A DNA stretch of 56,796 nt from a virus (IMGVR_UViG_3300032225_000823:1-56796); one strand, 5' to 3'; positions 26,184 through 38,400 are shown, numbered from the stretch's first letter. Made by a program: numbers and translations. The notes: generated by a model from the letters alone, not told the origin.

Positions 26184-27739
26184 TGGAAATTGTAAAAGAC
26201 AGAGTGCTTCTGGTACGGACTAGGTACCCAGAACGAATTACTGAAACGGTGACCGGCAGTAAGAAGCTAGGCTCGGCCAAGGATGATATTTCTGTCGTAG
26301 CAGTAGATTGGGATTTGTCAACTGCGCAATCCTTAGCGAAGCTAAAGTTTAAGAACGTGCCCTCACCAATCATGCGGGACTACGCGTGGAATGGGCAGTT
26401 CAAGCCTATGGACCACCAAAAAGAAACAGCAGCCTTCTTTACCCTCAACCCGCGTAGCTTTTGTTTTAACGAACAGGGCACGGGTAAAACTGCTGCAGCG
26501 ATATGGGCATCCGATTATCTTCTAAACGTTGGGGCTATAAAGCGAGTACTTATCATATGCCCGTTGTCAATCATGCAGTCGGCATGGCATACAGATTTGT
26601 TTAAGTTTGCTACGCATAGAAACGCTGCGGTGGCGCATGGTAGCCGCGAGAAGCGAAAGAGTATTCTGGAAGGGCTATACGAATACGTGGTAATTAACTA
26701 CGACGGCGTAGAAATTGTAGCCGACGCTATTCGCGCAGGCGGTTTCGATTTAATTATTATTGACGAAGCAAACGCTTACAAGAACGTCAACACCAGACGT
26801 TGGAAAGTGATGAAGAGTCTAATCACAGACAAAACTTGGTTGTGGATGATGACCGGCACACCCGCTGCCCAATCCCCTGCTGATGCGTACGGCCTAGCCA
26901 AGTTGTGTGTACCTGAACGTGTACCCAGATTCTTTGGCGCTTATCGCGACATGGTTATGCAAAACATCACGCGCTTCAAATGGGTACCAAAGCCAACAGC
27001 AAACAAAACAGTGTTCGCCACCCTGCAGCCCGCCATTAGATTCACCAAGGAAGAATGTCTTGACCTACCAGAAGTCACCCATGTTGAGCGCGAAGCTCCG
27101 CTATCTCCGCAGCAAGACAAGTATTACAAACAACTCAAAAAAGAAATGCTTATTTCAGCGGCTGGTGAGGAAGTGTCTACTCCGAATGCTGCAACAAACC
27201 TAAACAAGCTACTTCAAATCTCAGGCGGTGCCGTCTACACAGATACCGGAGCCATCGTTGAGTTTGATGTAAGCAACCGACTACGTGCAGTAGTAGAAGT
27301 TATTGAAGAGGCATCCCATAAAGTTCTTGTCTTTGTCCCGTTCCGCCACACTATCTTGCTGTTGAAGGACTACTTAGACAAAAACAACATTACCAGCGAA
27401 ATCATTTCTGGTGATGTCAGTGCGCAGAGCAGAACAAGAATCTTCAATCGGTTCCAAACCGAATCTAACCCCAAGGTACTCATCATTCAGCCACAAGCAG
27501 CAGCCCACGGAGTTACGCTAACCGCTGCGAATGTGATTATCTGGTACTCGCCTGTAACCTCTATCGAGACCTACTTACAGGCAAACGCTCGTATCAACCG
27601 CAAGGGTCAGAAGAACGCCATGACCATTGTACATATTCAAGGTAGCGCGGTTGAACGTAAGCTGTATGCGATGTTAAGCAGCAAACTAGACCATCACTCG
27701 CAGCTCACCGACCTGTACAAAAGCGAAATTTCCCCTTGA
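26183..27739 (+). CDS. SNF2-family superfamily 2 helicase
   Basis: EQGTGKT, IIIDEA, MTGTP, QANARINRKGQ. Confidence 0.9.
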   Translation: MEIVKDRVLLVRTRYPERITETVTGSKKLGSAKDDISVVAVDWDLSTAQSLAKLKFKNVPSPIMRDYAWNGQFKPMDHQKETAAFFTLNPRSFCFNEQGTGKTAAAIWASDYLLNVGAIKRVLIICPLSIMQSAWHTDLFKFATHRNAAVAHGSREKRKSILEGLYEYVVINYDGVEIVADAIRAGGFDLIIIDEANAYKNVNTRRWKVMKSLITDKTWLWMMTGTPAAQSPADAYGLAKLCVPERVPRFFGAYRDMVMQNITRFKWVPKPTANKTVFATLQPAIRFTKEECLDLPEVTHVEREAPLSPQQDKYYKQLKKEMLISAAGEEVSTPNAATNLNKLLQISGGAVYTDTGAIVEFDVSNRLRAVVEVIEEASHKVLVFVPFRHTILLLKDYLDKNNITSEIISGDVSAQSRTRIFNRFQTESNPKVLIIQPQAAAHGVTLTAANVIIWYSPVTSIETYLQANARINRKGQKNAMTIVHIQGSAVERKLYAMLSSKLDHHSQLTDLYKSEISP

Positions 27740-27763
27740 CACAGTAAAATGATGTGCTAGTAT
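27736..27763 (+). promoter_or_regulatory. Possible sigma70-like promoter
   Basis: TTGACA-N16-TAGTAT with TGn extension. Confidence 0.45.
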
Positions 27764-27810
27764 GGTGGTCAAGAGGCATGAAGACCTCAACCGAAACCAA
27801 AGGAGACATC

Positions 27811-28203
27811 ATGGAAGTTAATACCGATGTTCTGGTAGAAGCTTACATTGCCATCCGTGACGAAAAGGATGCTCTGTATCGTGACTACCAAGAAAACCTT
27901 AAGCGATTAGAAACCGAACTGAAAGTAGTTGGTGACGCGCTTATGGAAATCTGTAACTCCACCAATGCCGACAGCATCCGCACCAAAGCCGGTACGGTGG
28001 TTAAGTCCATCAAGAGTAATTTTTGGACTAATGATTGGGAATCTTTCTACAACTTTATGCAGGAACACAACGCGTTCAATCTGCTAGAGAAACGGATTCA
28101 CCAAGGCAATATCAAGCTGTTCCTCGAAGAAAACCCCGACCTACTGCCGATGGGCTTGAACATTGACAAGTCATACGCAGTTCGGGTTGTCCGCCGCAAA
28201 TAA
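27811..28203 (+). CDS. Replication-module hypothetical protein
   Basis: AAGGAG RBS; coiled coil plus DWESFY...LLEKRI motif. Confidence 0.7.
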   Translation: MEVNTDVLVEAYIAIRDEKDALYRDYQENLKRLETELKVVGDALMEICNSTNADSIRTKAGTVVKSIKSNFWTNDWESFYNFMQEHNAFNLLEKRIHQGNIKLFLEENPDLLPMGLNIDKSYAVRVVRRK

Positions 28204-28218
28204 AAGGAAATTACCCAA

Positions 28219-29133
28219 ATGGGAACCAATGTCATGCTTTTTGAAGGTCTTACTATTCCTGACCATATTCGCCGCCGTGGGGTCGATGACTTTACTAAGG
28301 CTATTGCTGGTAACACTGCCGGTGGGAATAAGCGTATTTCTATCCGTGGTCGTCGCTTCCGCATGGTCGTCGCTGGCGAAGAAATTGGAACCAGCAATCA
28401 AGATGAACTTCAAGTCGTTATCGTCAATGCAGCAAAAGAAATCTCCCGTGAATATTACGCAAGCCGTTATGACCCTAAGAAGGACGCCACTGGTCCCGAT
28501 TGCTGGTCAGCTAACGGTATTACTCCCGACGCCGGAGTTGAGCAGCCGGTACATAAGAACTGCGCTGATTGCCCCAATAACATTAGTGGTAGTGGCGATA
28601 ACGGTGGTCGGGCTTGCCGTTTCGCTCGTCGGATTGCTGTGGCTCTCGCTAATGACCCGCACGGCGGCGTCTATCAAGTAAAGCTTGCAGCTACGTCTAT
28701 CTTTGGTAAGGGCACCACTGATGGCATGCCGTTCGACCAGTATGCAAAGCACGTTGCCAGTCACGGTATTGGTATGTCGCAAGTTGTTACCGAGATGAGT
28801 TTTGACAACCATAGCGACACTCCTAAGCTTGTGTTCAAGGCAGTCAAGCTGCTTAACGAAGATGAATACGATGCTTTTGAAGAGCTTAGCAAGAGCCGTG
28901 AGGCAAGCAACGCTATCCGCTTGACTGTTGCGCAGGTTGATGGTGTGCAGAAGATTGCTCCCCCGAAGCCCAAGGCTGAACCGAAAGTCCATGAAGACGA
29001 AGAAGAGGACTATGTGGAAGAGCCGGTCAAGCGCCCTGCTAAGAAGGCTAAGGCAGAGGTAGCTACTCAGTCTGACCTTAACTCTGTGCTTAACCGCTTT
29101 GTGTCACGGAACGACGAAACCGACGATGAGTGA
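28219..29133 (+). CDS. Putative single-stranded DNA-binding protein
   Basis: CWS...CADCP...C Cys cluster, acidic C-terminus, position between helicase and primase. Confidence 0.55.
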   Translation: MGTNVMLFEGLTIPDHIRRRGVDDFTKAIAGNTAGGNKRISIRGRRFRMVVAGEEIGTSNQDELQVVIVNAAKEISREYYASRYDPKKDATGPDCWSANGITPDAGVEQPVHKNCADCPNNISGSGDNGGRACRFARRIAVALANDPHGGVYQVKLAATSIFGKGTTDGMPFDQYAKHVASHGIGMSQVVTEMSFDNHSDTPKLVFKAVKLLNEDEYDAFEELSKSREASNAIRLTVAQVDGVQKIAPPKPKAEPKVHEDEEEDYVEEPVKRPAKKAKAEVATQSDLNSVLNRFVSRNDETDDE

Positions 29134-29395
29134 TATGGATAACCGAGGCTATAGCCAACGCATCATTGATGCGAATTTGGAAGCTGATGGAAATAGTCTC
29201 GGTGTACTCCTTGGTAGGTACTGCATCTCTAGGGATATTCCTGTATCTGATATTAGTGAGTATTTTTCCGTCTCCAAAATGACGGTGTACAACTGGTTCA
29301 GCGGCAGGAATAACCCTAAGCAGTCTCAAGAAGAGCGCATCCGAGATGTACTAACAAAGGCGGGTGTATACGACGCCGAAATCACGTCGGGATAA
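29126..29395 (+). CDS. Cro/CI-type helix-turn-helix protein
   Basis: PVSDISEYFSVSKMTVYNWFSG. Confidence 0.75.
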   Translation: MSDMDNRGYSQRIIDANLEADGNSLGVLLGRYCISRDIPVSDISEYFSVSKMTVYNWFSGRNNPKQSQEERIRDVLTKAGVYDAEITSG

Positions 29396-29398
29396 AAA

Positions 29399-32224
29399 AT
29401 GTCGGCAAGAGACTTTCTGTCTGCGGTTTTGCCAACCGATGGTTGGTACTGCGTGACTGGTCTTAAAGATGGGGCACCTCGACAAAAGTTCATGCAAACG
29501 CTGGACGAAGTTGAGGGCGAAGTAGAACGCCTGCTTAGTGATGAATACGATGTCTATTTTGCTTGCGCCAAGTTTAAGGAATCTGGCAAACGTGACATAG
29601 AAAACGCTACGTACTTTAAATCCTTTCGGCTTGACATAGATTGTGGGCACGGGAAGCCATATGAAAGTCAGGCCGAAGGGATTGAGGCACTTAGTGATTT
29701 TTGTGCAAAGCTCAAGCTTCCCACTCCGACCATCGTTAATTCGGGTCGTGGTGTCCACGTGTATTGGACGTTACATGAAACGCTACCCCGTTCAGCATGG
29801 AAGCCGATAGCCGAGCAGCTTAAATCCCTTTGTGCCAAGCACAAGCTAAACGTAGACCATGCTATTACGGCGGACGCAGCTAGAATCCTGCGTGTTCCAA
29901 ATACACTTAACTTTAAGACAGACCCACCCCTACCTGTATCGGTGCTGCACATGGCATCGAATATACACATAGACGCATTCGCGGCTATCCTAAAAGACGC
30001 AGGGGGTGTGGTAACGCACAGTGGGTTTAACCGACCCACAACTGACGTAGACCCAAACACCCAGTATCGGTTCTCAACTATTCTTCAAAAAAACGAGCAG
30101 GGTACAGGGTGCGCACAACTAGAACACATCATTCGTAATAGAGACACCATTTCCTACAACCAATGGTTCTATGCCTTATCTATAGCCAAATTCTGTGTGG
30201 ACGCAGACCAAGCCATTCACACAGTTTCAGAGGGACACGCAGACTACACCCCTGAAAATACGGAAAAGAAAGCAGACCAAGTACAACACTGGACTTCATG
30301 TAGGAAGTTTGAGGAAGAAAACCCCGGAGGTTGTCGTGGATGTGCGCACAAGAAGATAGGCACTCCGCTTAAGTTAGGTGCTGAGATTAAGGTATCTAAT
30401 AAGAGAGAAATGCTTGTTAAGGAAACGGTTGGCGAGTTAGTGCATACCGTATCCCATGAGATACCAGAATTACCCTATCCGTTCGTAGTAGGAGAAACCG
30501 GCGGTATTTATAAATGGACACGTGACGAAGAAGACGAAGGTCCTACACAAGTTTACCCCCATAACCTTTTTGTCTTGAAGCGTATGAGCGACCCAGATAA
30601 GGGCATGTGCGCGTACATGCGGCTTGAAACTCCGCTTGATGGCATCGTGGAATTCACAGTTCCTATGTCAGATATGGCACAAACCAACAAGCTAAAAGAA
30701 CGGCTAGCGTTTAGGGGGATTGTTGGGACGGCAGCGCAAATGGAACTTGTTATGTTCTACATAGTGTCTTGCTGTAACAAACTAATAACTGAAAAGGAAG
30801 CAGAAAAAATGAAGCTGCAATTTGGTTGGATTGAGGAAGATAGTAGGTTTGTAGTTGGCAACCGAGAGATTGGCGCAGACACGATTAAGCACAGCCCTCC
30901 CGCATCTTCTATGGAGTACGTTGCGTCGATGATGGAACCCAAGGGCACCCTGCAGGAATGGCGTAGCGTTATAGATACATACAACCGTCCCGGACTTGAG
31001 CCGCATGCGTTTGCGTTTAGCTCGTGCTTTGGTTCACCTATCCTTAAATTTATGGGCGTTCGCGGTGCCGTTATTAACCTAATCAGCGATGACTCTGGTA
31101 CGGGTAAGACCACAATCCTTAAAGCCATTAACTCGCTTGTTGGGCACCCCACCGATTTGATGTGTACCTTCAACGACACAACAAACTTCAAGCTAAATCG
31201 TATGGCAATGATGAACAATCTTGCGTTTACATGCGACGAAATTACCAACGTATCGCCAGAGGATTTCTCTAACTTTGCCTATGCTGCGTCTAACGGAAAG
31301 AACCGTGGCCGTCTGCGTTCCTCAGAAAACACAGAGCGTATCAACCTGACTTGGGCAAACATCACGGTGTCCACATCTAACGCGTCGTTCTATGACAAGC
31401 TGCATCTGCTCAAGGAATCGCCGGATGGGGAAATGATGCGTACTATGGAGTACGAAATTCACCCTACAAACCTCTTCTCAAAAGAAGAAGCGGACGCGCT
31501 TTTTGGCAAACTAAACGACAACTACGGCACTGCTGCGGACATTTACTTCACGTACTTGGCAGGGCACGTAGAAGATGTATCTGAACTAGCCAAGCATATC
31601 CAAAAAGAAATTGATAAGGCCGCAGGATTGCAGAGCAGAGAACGGTATTGGTCGGCAGTAGCCTCAGCTAACATCGCTGGTTTAGTTGTTGCCAATCATC
31701 TTAATCTGACTAGCATTGACGCCAAGCGAATCATGAAGTGGGTAATTGAATATCTCAAGAATCTCAAACTGCAAATCGCACCGCCATTGTCTAATCAATC
31801 TAGCGTGATTGGTGAGTTCCTTAATGCTCACCGCAACAACGTCTTGGTGGTTAACAACAACACCGACAAGCGCACTGGCATGGAGCAGTTACCGATTAGG
31901 GAACCTAGGTTTGAACTTATGGTTCGTATCGAGCCGGACACTAAACGTCTTTACATCACAGCTAAGTCACTTCAAAACTTCTGTGGTAAGCAACAAACTA
32001 ACATGAAAGAATTGTTGCTTAAGTTGAAGGAAGACGGCGTGTTCATGGATAAGGTCAAGAAGCGCATGGCCAAAGGCACGATGATTGTTTCTCCGCCTGT
32101 GTGGGCCTACGAATTTAACTGCGACAATGGTGAGTTTGTCGATACCGATGCGTACGTCAATAGAATTGTGTCGGTAGATAAACTGCGTAGTGAACCGTAT
32201 GAGACTGCACCAGATAATGTTTGA
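29399..32224 (+). CDS. Primase-helicase (AEP/RepB-like primase + DUF927/SF3-like helicase)
   Basis: LDID, SGRGVHVYW, RILRVP primase motifs; SGTGKT Walker A, TCDE Walker B, STSN. Confidence 0.85.
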   Translation: MSARDFLSAVLPTDGWYCVTGLKDGAPRQKFMQTLDEVEGEVERLLSDEYDVYFACAKFKESGKRDIENATYFKSFRLDIDCGHGKPYESQAEGIEALSDFCAKLKLPTPTIVNSGRGVHVYWTLHETLPRSAWKPIAEQLKSLCAKHKLNVDHAITADAARILRVPNTLNFKTDPPLPVSVLHMASNIHIDAFAAILKDAGGVVTHSGFNRPTTDVDPNTQYRFSTILQKNEQGTGCAQLEHIIRNRDTISYNQWFYALSIAKFCVDADQAIHTVSEGHADYTPENTEKKADQVQHWTSCRKFEEENPGGCRGCAHKKIGTPLKLGAEIKVSNKREMLVKETVGELVHTVSHEIPELPYPFVVGETGGIYKWTRDEEDEGPTQVYPHNLFVLKRMSDPDKGMCAYMRLETPLDGIVEFTVPMSDMAQTNKLKERLAFRGIVGTAAQMELVMFYIVSCCNKLITEKEAEKMKLQFGWIEEDSRFVVGNREIGADTIKHSPPASSMEYVASMMEPKGTLQEWRSVIDTYNRPGLEPHAFAFSSCFGSPILKFMGVRGAVINLISDDSGTGKTTILKAINSLVGHPTDLMCTFNDTTNFKLNRMAMMNNLAFTCDEITNVSPEDFSNFAYAASNGKNRGRLRSSENTERINLTWANITVSTSNASFYDKLHLLKESPDGEMMRTMEYEIHPTNLFSKEEADALFGKLNDNYGTAADIYFTYLAGHVEDVSELAKHIQKEIDKAAGLQSRERYWSAVASANIAGLVVANHLNLTSIDAKRIMKWVIEYLKNLKLQIAPPLSNQSSVIGEFLNAHRNNVLVVNNNTDKRTGMEQLPIREPRFELMVRIEPDTKRLYITAKSLQNFCGKQQTNMKELLLKLKEDGVFMDKVKKRMAKGTMIVSPPVWAYEFNCDNGEFVDTDAYVNRIVSVDKLRSEPYETAPDNV

Positions 32225-32396
32225 GATTGATTGGGCTAAGTTCCACCCGTATTCCTCGTTCTTCGTCCCTTGCCTTGATGTATTAGAAGCAAAACGCCAA
32301 GTCAAAAAAGCTTGTAGGCGTTTAGGCTACAAGGTAACTATGCAGGCGGTGGTTGAAGACGGAGTGCGAGGAGTCCGCGTATGGCGGATGGAGTAA
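32190..32396 (+). CDS. Small hypothetical protein
   Basis: SFFVPC...GVRVWR motif; last gene of the plus-strand block. Confidence 0.6.
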   Translation: MNRMRLHQIMFEIDWAKFHPYSSFFVPCLDVLEAKRQVKKACRRLGYKVTMQAVVEDGVRGVRVWRME

Positions 32397-32400
32397 AGTC

Positions 32401-32428
32401 TTGCACTAATTAAAAAGTGTTGTATACT
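32401..32428 (+). promoter_or_regulatory. Sigma70-like promoter with no downstream ORF
   Basis: TTGCAC-N16-TATACT. Confidence 0.5.
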
Positions 32429-32432
32429 GCCC

Positions 32433-32488
32433 GCACCCGCAATGGGTGTCTCTTTGGATTTTTAGCCCCGCGCAATGCGGGGCTTTTT
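32433..32488 (+). ncRNA. Candidate ~55-nt sRNA ending in an intrinsic terminator
   Basis: GCACCC-GCAAT-GGGTGT hairpin, linker, AGCCCCGC-GCAAT-GCGGGGCT-TTTT. Confidence 0.45.
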
Positions 32489-32489
32489 C

Positions 32490-35400
32490 TTAGTCTTCAT
32501 CTTCTTCCTCGCCCAACTCGGACGGGAACCTACCATATCTACCCATTCCTTCCAACATTGGGTATGCCTTGCGGTCCACATTAATGCCGCCTTGACGTTG
32601 AGCGATTGCTTGCTGTTTAGCTCTAGATTTGATTGTCTTCCGGATAGCATCGTTGGGTAGACGATATGCAGGTGAACTACCATACAACGCGTTGAAGTCA
32701 GCCTTGCGTTTAAGGACCTTATCCATTAATTCTTTTTTGATTTCTGGGTCAGTTTCTTGATAGGCCATCCATGCTTGGTCAAGGATTTCTTGGCGGCGGT
32801 CACGAATAGCAATATCTTTAGACTTTACCTCAAAGATTGTAGACTTTTTGCGTTTCCAATCTTCAGGCTCAAACCCAAAAGCTTTATAAAGAACATCCGC
32901 CTCGTTAACTTCATCCTTGGAAATAAGCTGTTTACCAGACCTAGTCTTTTCACCTTCGTTTGCAACGCGGATAGCTACCATCAAAGAACGAACACCGGCA
33001 GGAACAACTATCTCTATACCGCGTTCGTATTTACCCTGACTCCACAAATCAATAGCTGCGGCCCAGTCTTGAAAGTAGCTAGTAGTGGGACCCAACATAC
33101 CCAGCATAAAATTCTTAACTGCATCTACGTTGGTTTTTGCGGCGGAGCTACCTTCTTCAGATACCCACAATGACGGGATGTCATAAACAAGCCTACCTTC
33201 AGTGGCGATATTTAGCTTTTTAGCCACCCAGCCACGGCCAATCGTAGCCCCACCAAGCTCAGGCACATGTTCTTCTAGCCAATTCATCAGGAAGTTATCC
33301 GCGTCAAATGGCACTTCTTCGTCATTATCTGAATACAACGCGTGGATAAGCCCAATCATCTTGGAGATAAGCCACCAGAACGGCGTGCCTTTCAATCCAG
33401 TAAAGGCGTAGGACAGAAGAACAATTGCAGAAAGAGTACGAATAGCCTGCCAACGCATCTCAGCGGATTGTTTATCAAATTCCTTAGCGGCGTCTTCACC
33501 GAGGTCTTTTACGATACGCTCGCGTTCTTTCTTCGCGGATAGCTGGAGAGCCTTAGTTAAAAGTTGATATTGGAATATGGTCTGTTGTACTACAAAGCTC
33601 TTAAACTGAAGGGGCAGGGCGCGCCAGTCTTTAAAATAGCGACCACGTTGCAGAGTCGAAGGTTCACCAAAAGCACGGCGGGTAAAATTAACGGCGTCTT
33701 GATATGCGCGTTCAAATGCTTCTTCTTCATCAAACGTTTTGGACCCGTCCGCGTTTTTCTTGTCCAGATATTTTTCATGCGACAAGTCAAAGTGAGCTAA
33801 GGCACCGGACTCACGCATGAGTCGCTCACTTAAATGGAACGGGACAGCAATTGCGTTTAATCCAGTTGTGATAATCCCTTGTTGTTTGTCGCTGGGAGTA
33901 TTAGCAGTTGTGGCCACATCGTACATCTGGGATACGTTGAACACGTTTTCCGCAACCATGCGGTCTCTAGCTTTTTTAATGTCAGGGTCTAGTTTCTTGT
34001 TAAATTCGATACCAATAGAAAACAACCCGTTCGGTGCTTGTTTTGCTACAGCCGCACGATGCTTAAAATTATATTGAATAAGTTTGGGAATACCTAATAC
34101 CGGATACTCACCAAACAAAATAGATGCGGCTTGTATATTGCCGCCTACAAAGTTAAACACTGAAGAAGCAACAGACGATAGATACTGATAGAAATTAAGA
34201 GTTTGAAACAGCCGTACCGGGAGCGGACGATTTGGCGGCGACATAACTTGGTCCGTCCTAAGCTCCATTTCTTTGATGTAGTCCTTAGCAACAGCCTTCT
34301 CTTCTGCCGAGGAAGTTGACGACTTTACGTACTCTCTAGCCGAACGCAGGGCTGCGTACATATCTTTTGCGTATACAACCTTCGGGAAGAAGTTAGACAC
34401 CTTTAGCACCGAATCCGCGAAAGACCGCTGCATATCTGGGTTGGCACCGGCGCGTAACTTACGACGGGCAAACATCTTACGAAGGCTACCAGTAGGCGCA
34501 AGCTGCAGGATTAGTTGTTGAAGCTCATTAGTAATAGCGGTCTTAGCTTTGTTCAGAGCCTCATCTGCTTCGGCATCCGGATTGGCGCTTACCTTTTCTA
34601 ACTGTTTATCAATACTGTTACTGACAATATCCTTGACGCGGTCCATCGCAATCTTCATACCAATCGCGTCATTAAATACTTCGCTAAACCCATTGCCAGC
34701 ATCAAAGAAAGCTTCGTCAACCTTAGCTTCAATCTCGCTTTCTTTCACACCCTGTTCTTTAAGTTTTTCCCTATAGGCATCCTTGGCAATATCTAGTTCA
34801 GCGTTGCGCTCAGCCTCGCTCTCAAACATCTCAAAGCCCTTACCAACATCAGGCAAGTTGTACTGATACCAAAACTGACCCACGCGGAACATGTGGAAAT
34901 ACGGCCCTTTGATTACGGGCATAATCTTTTCTACGTAACTTTTAGCTTTTGTTTTTGCTGCCGTTTCTGATTCACCCGCCATCCGGTAGGTACGATACAT
35001 TTCACCTTCCATGTACGTACGGACGTTATTAAACATAACCTTATAGAACTTGAGGCGGTCGCGGTAAATTTGCTTTGCTTGTTCGCCACCGGGCAATCTG
35101 CCTAACTTACCCCAAAGACCATTTAGATAGGCATTTGAGGTATCCGTATCTGGGTCAACTTCTGACGCGGTGGCTTCCAACTCAATTTTTTCTTCAAGCG
35201 CTACGGCTTCAGCAAACTGTTTGTTTGCATACATTAACTTACTGCGCTCTAGAATTTTAGCCCCGGAGGTTTCGATACGCTTACGCAGCGCTTCAAGCTC
35301 GCCAATCTTAGCGGTAAGTACATCAAACTGCGGCAGCTTTGTGCGGAATCCACGTCTACCTTTTTCCACATCAAGTACGTCAAACTCCATACCGGCAAGG

Positions 35401-38400
35401 TCAATTACCTGATAGTTAGGCAGGGCACCAAGAACTGCACGGCGAGTTTTACTGGGGGCAGTACGGAGGAGGGCGGATACTTCCCGCCTTACATCATTCC
35501 ATTTTGGATACTGTGTGTAGTTCTTAGATATACGCGAGAAGAACCCACGACCACTTCTGGAAGAGGCTTGATATGGTTCGGGAGGAGTTACTTTAGCTTG
35601 CTTAGGAACTCGTTTAGGTCTTGGCTGTTTGCCAGCACTTCCCTCGCCTTCCGCAGGTCCTTCAGGTAATTTTTCGTAGCTCCTTGCTGTATACCCATCA
35701 CTTCCCAAGTCTGAAGCAGGGCCTCTAGCTGTGGTTTGGTAGGAGCCAGCTTCTTTGAGGCGATTTCCAATAGGGGATAAATTGTCATTACTTACTCCTT
35801 CATTAAACACTCGTTCCATTTCTGACTGAATGTCAGAATTACGCGCAACAAGCCCCCTGAAATTTTTAAGAAATGCATCTAAATCAAAATCTGTATTGTT
35901 GGGAACGGCTAAAAATGCAGAAATCTTTTGCATTTCTGCGGGAAATTCTTCATTATGGCTACGTACTTCATGGTGCGCAAGTTCATGGACCATAGTACCA
36001 AACATAGCAGAAGCTGCTCGTTCCGGTGAAACGCTGGCACTAAAAAGTTTATTCCCATACGAAACAGCGGCGGGGTTTAGATACATACCCCAAAAAGGCA
36101 CTCTTGTACTGACACCACGATACTCTATATCAAAACTAATACCTATCACTTCTTTATCAAGTGATACTTCTTTATAAGAATTGTATTTATCGTATCCCAT
36201 TTCTTTAGCTACTACATCACGAAGCTCCATAAAAGCTTCACCCAATTCCCGCATATAGCTATAAAACCTAGGGCCAAAACTATCTTCCATTAATTCAGTA
36301 AATGAAAGCCCTTCGTTTTTAACAAAAAGATTATCGTTAAGAATCGGCGCATCAGTACGAAGTTGGTCCTGTGGAATAACTAGCGTATTTAAGTCAATCT
36401 TAAAACTAGACGCTTCCGCGCTGGTTATTTCAGGTACTGGGCGCCCATTAATTTCCAGCTTACCGTTTATTACAGCCATTGAGTCGCCCGGACGAAGTAG
36501 ATTCGTGGGTACTTCCATAGCAGGTAATGGGGGCGAAAGTGTTTCCGGCTGGGTTGGCCCAGAAGGTTCTAAATATCTAACCGTGCCGTAATTTGTAGCG
36601 TTACTTTGAAGGTCTGAAACGTTGTATAGCTGTTTTACATAATTAAAAATTTTATCAAAATCACCAGCAACCGCCGGAGAAAATCGTTGACGATTTAAGT
36701 CAAATGGGTAACCTAGGTCCTCTGCCCTAACTTTAGGGTGAACGTCAAGATAAAAATTATATTTAGGGCCTTTGTCTATTTTTTGTGTAAATTGATAGAT
36801 ACCATTAGATAAAACATGTACTCTACTTTGGTTCCATTCATATTGTTCCGGCTCTCGCGTTACATACATAACCGCGTCACCCCAACCAAATTTAACTGTA
36901 GTAAGGGGTGAATGCTCATCAATAGGGAAGTTCTTGCCTACTGGTATTGATTCTGAGTATGAATAATTATTAGCGGGGTCAGTTAAGGCACCAAAAAGAG
37001 TAGCTTTATCGCGCAGCGTATGAAAATTGACATCAACATTTCTAAATAACGGGCTAGTGCGCAGGGAGGGGTAACTATGCGCCCAATTATCAAGTTCTAT
37101 AGGCTCATCCTTACCGGTATCAAGATTATGAAATGTTTCCGGAACCCCAACTTTTACGTACGTGCCGGAATTGTCTGGAAATAAATTTTGTAGTTGTTTG
37201 TTTTTAGCTACAGCTTCATCCCACGATTCGACCGTAATTTTGGGGGCAACACCCGGATTGCTAAGCGCTTTTTCTAAATCAGGCCCAGTAGTCTCTAGCG
37301 TGCTTACTTTTCCATCACGGACAGTAATGACTTTAATATTTTTATTACCAAACAAAAACTGCATCTTTGCAATACCCAAACCACCAGACGCACTTTCGGT
37401 TTCTTTTTGAGTACCGGCAATTTCTAAAAACTTAGTGGCAAGGATGTTCGGCTCCATCCCCGTGCCGTTATCAACCATTTCAATGGTTCTATTTCCTTCG
37501 TTAACACCGATATTAATTTTTCCTTCGGAAATGGCACCCGATTCCAAAAGCGGTTTAATACCATCAAACGAATTCTGAAACAGTTCTTTAACTGTAACTT
37601 TAGGTAGATTCTCTAACGAACCGTATAATTTATTTCCCAGCAGTTTTGTTAAACGACCAACGTCTGCACCGGGCTTCGTTGAAATTTCTTCGTTTTGCGC
37701 TTTGAGTTGTTCTATTTCGTCGTAAGCGCTTTGAATTTCATCGTATTTTTTCCGTGCCGGAGTATTCGGCATGGGCGGTTTGCCGGACGAAGTTAATAGG
37801 TCATCTTTTAACTTGCCTAAGTCTTCGAGAAGCTTGTCATTTGACGGGCCAACTGGCTCAACAGGCGGCGGTGGTTTACCTTCAGCAGCAGCTTGTTGTT
37901 CTTGTTTAGCCTTGTTTTTTTCTTCAACGGCGTCGTATCGTTGCTGGGCTTGGGATACAGTATTTCTAAGCTCTTGAACGCGTTCAACATTTGTAGGGTC
38001 AGCCTCTCCTAACAAGCTCTCTACGCCACGAACTTCCGCTTCAAACTTGCTAAGGTTTCGTTTTGCTTGGGTAAGTTCAAGCTTAGCCTGCTCAGATTCA
38101 GTACGAGTTTTGCCCAACTTGCGGACGCGCGGGGCCGGAGTGTAAACCGGCAATCCCGTTTCTGGGTCTATTTCTTCCTGCTTGCTTTCCAGTTCTGCAG
38201 AGAGTCTAAGCCGTTCATTAATCTCATCCTCATCCAAATCTTCAGACGATTCTTCGGCAGGTAACAAACCTTTCTTCCGCAGGTCAGCATCAATCTTTGC
38301 ATAGTCAACAGTCTGCGGTGTAAGAATCTCATCTTCAAGAGCGGCTGGTTCTACTGGCTTAGCGGCGGGTTTTGCAGCAGCTTTGGGTGCTGGTGGCGGT

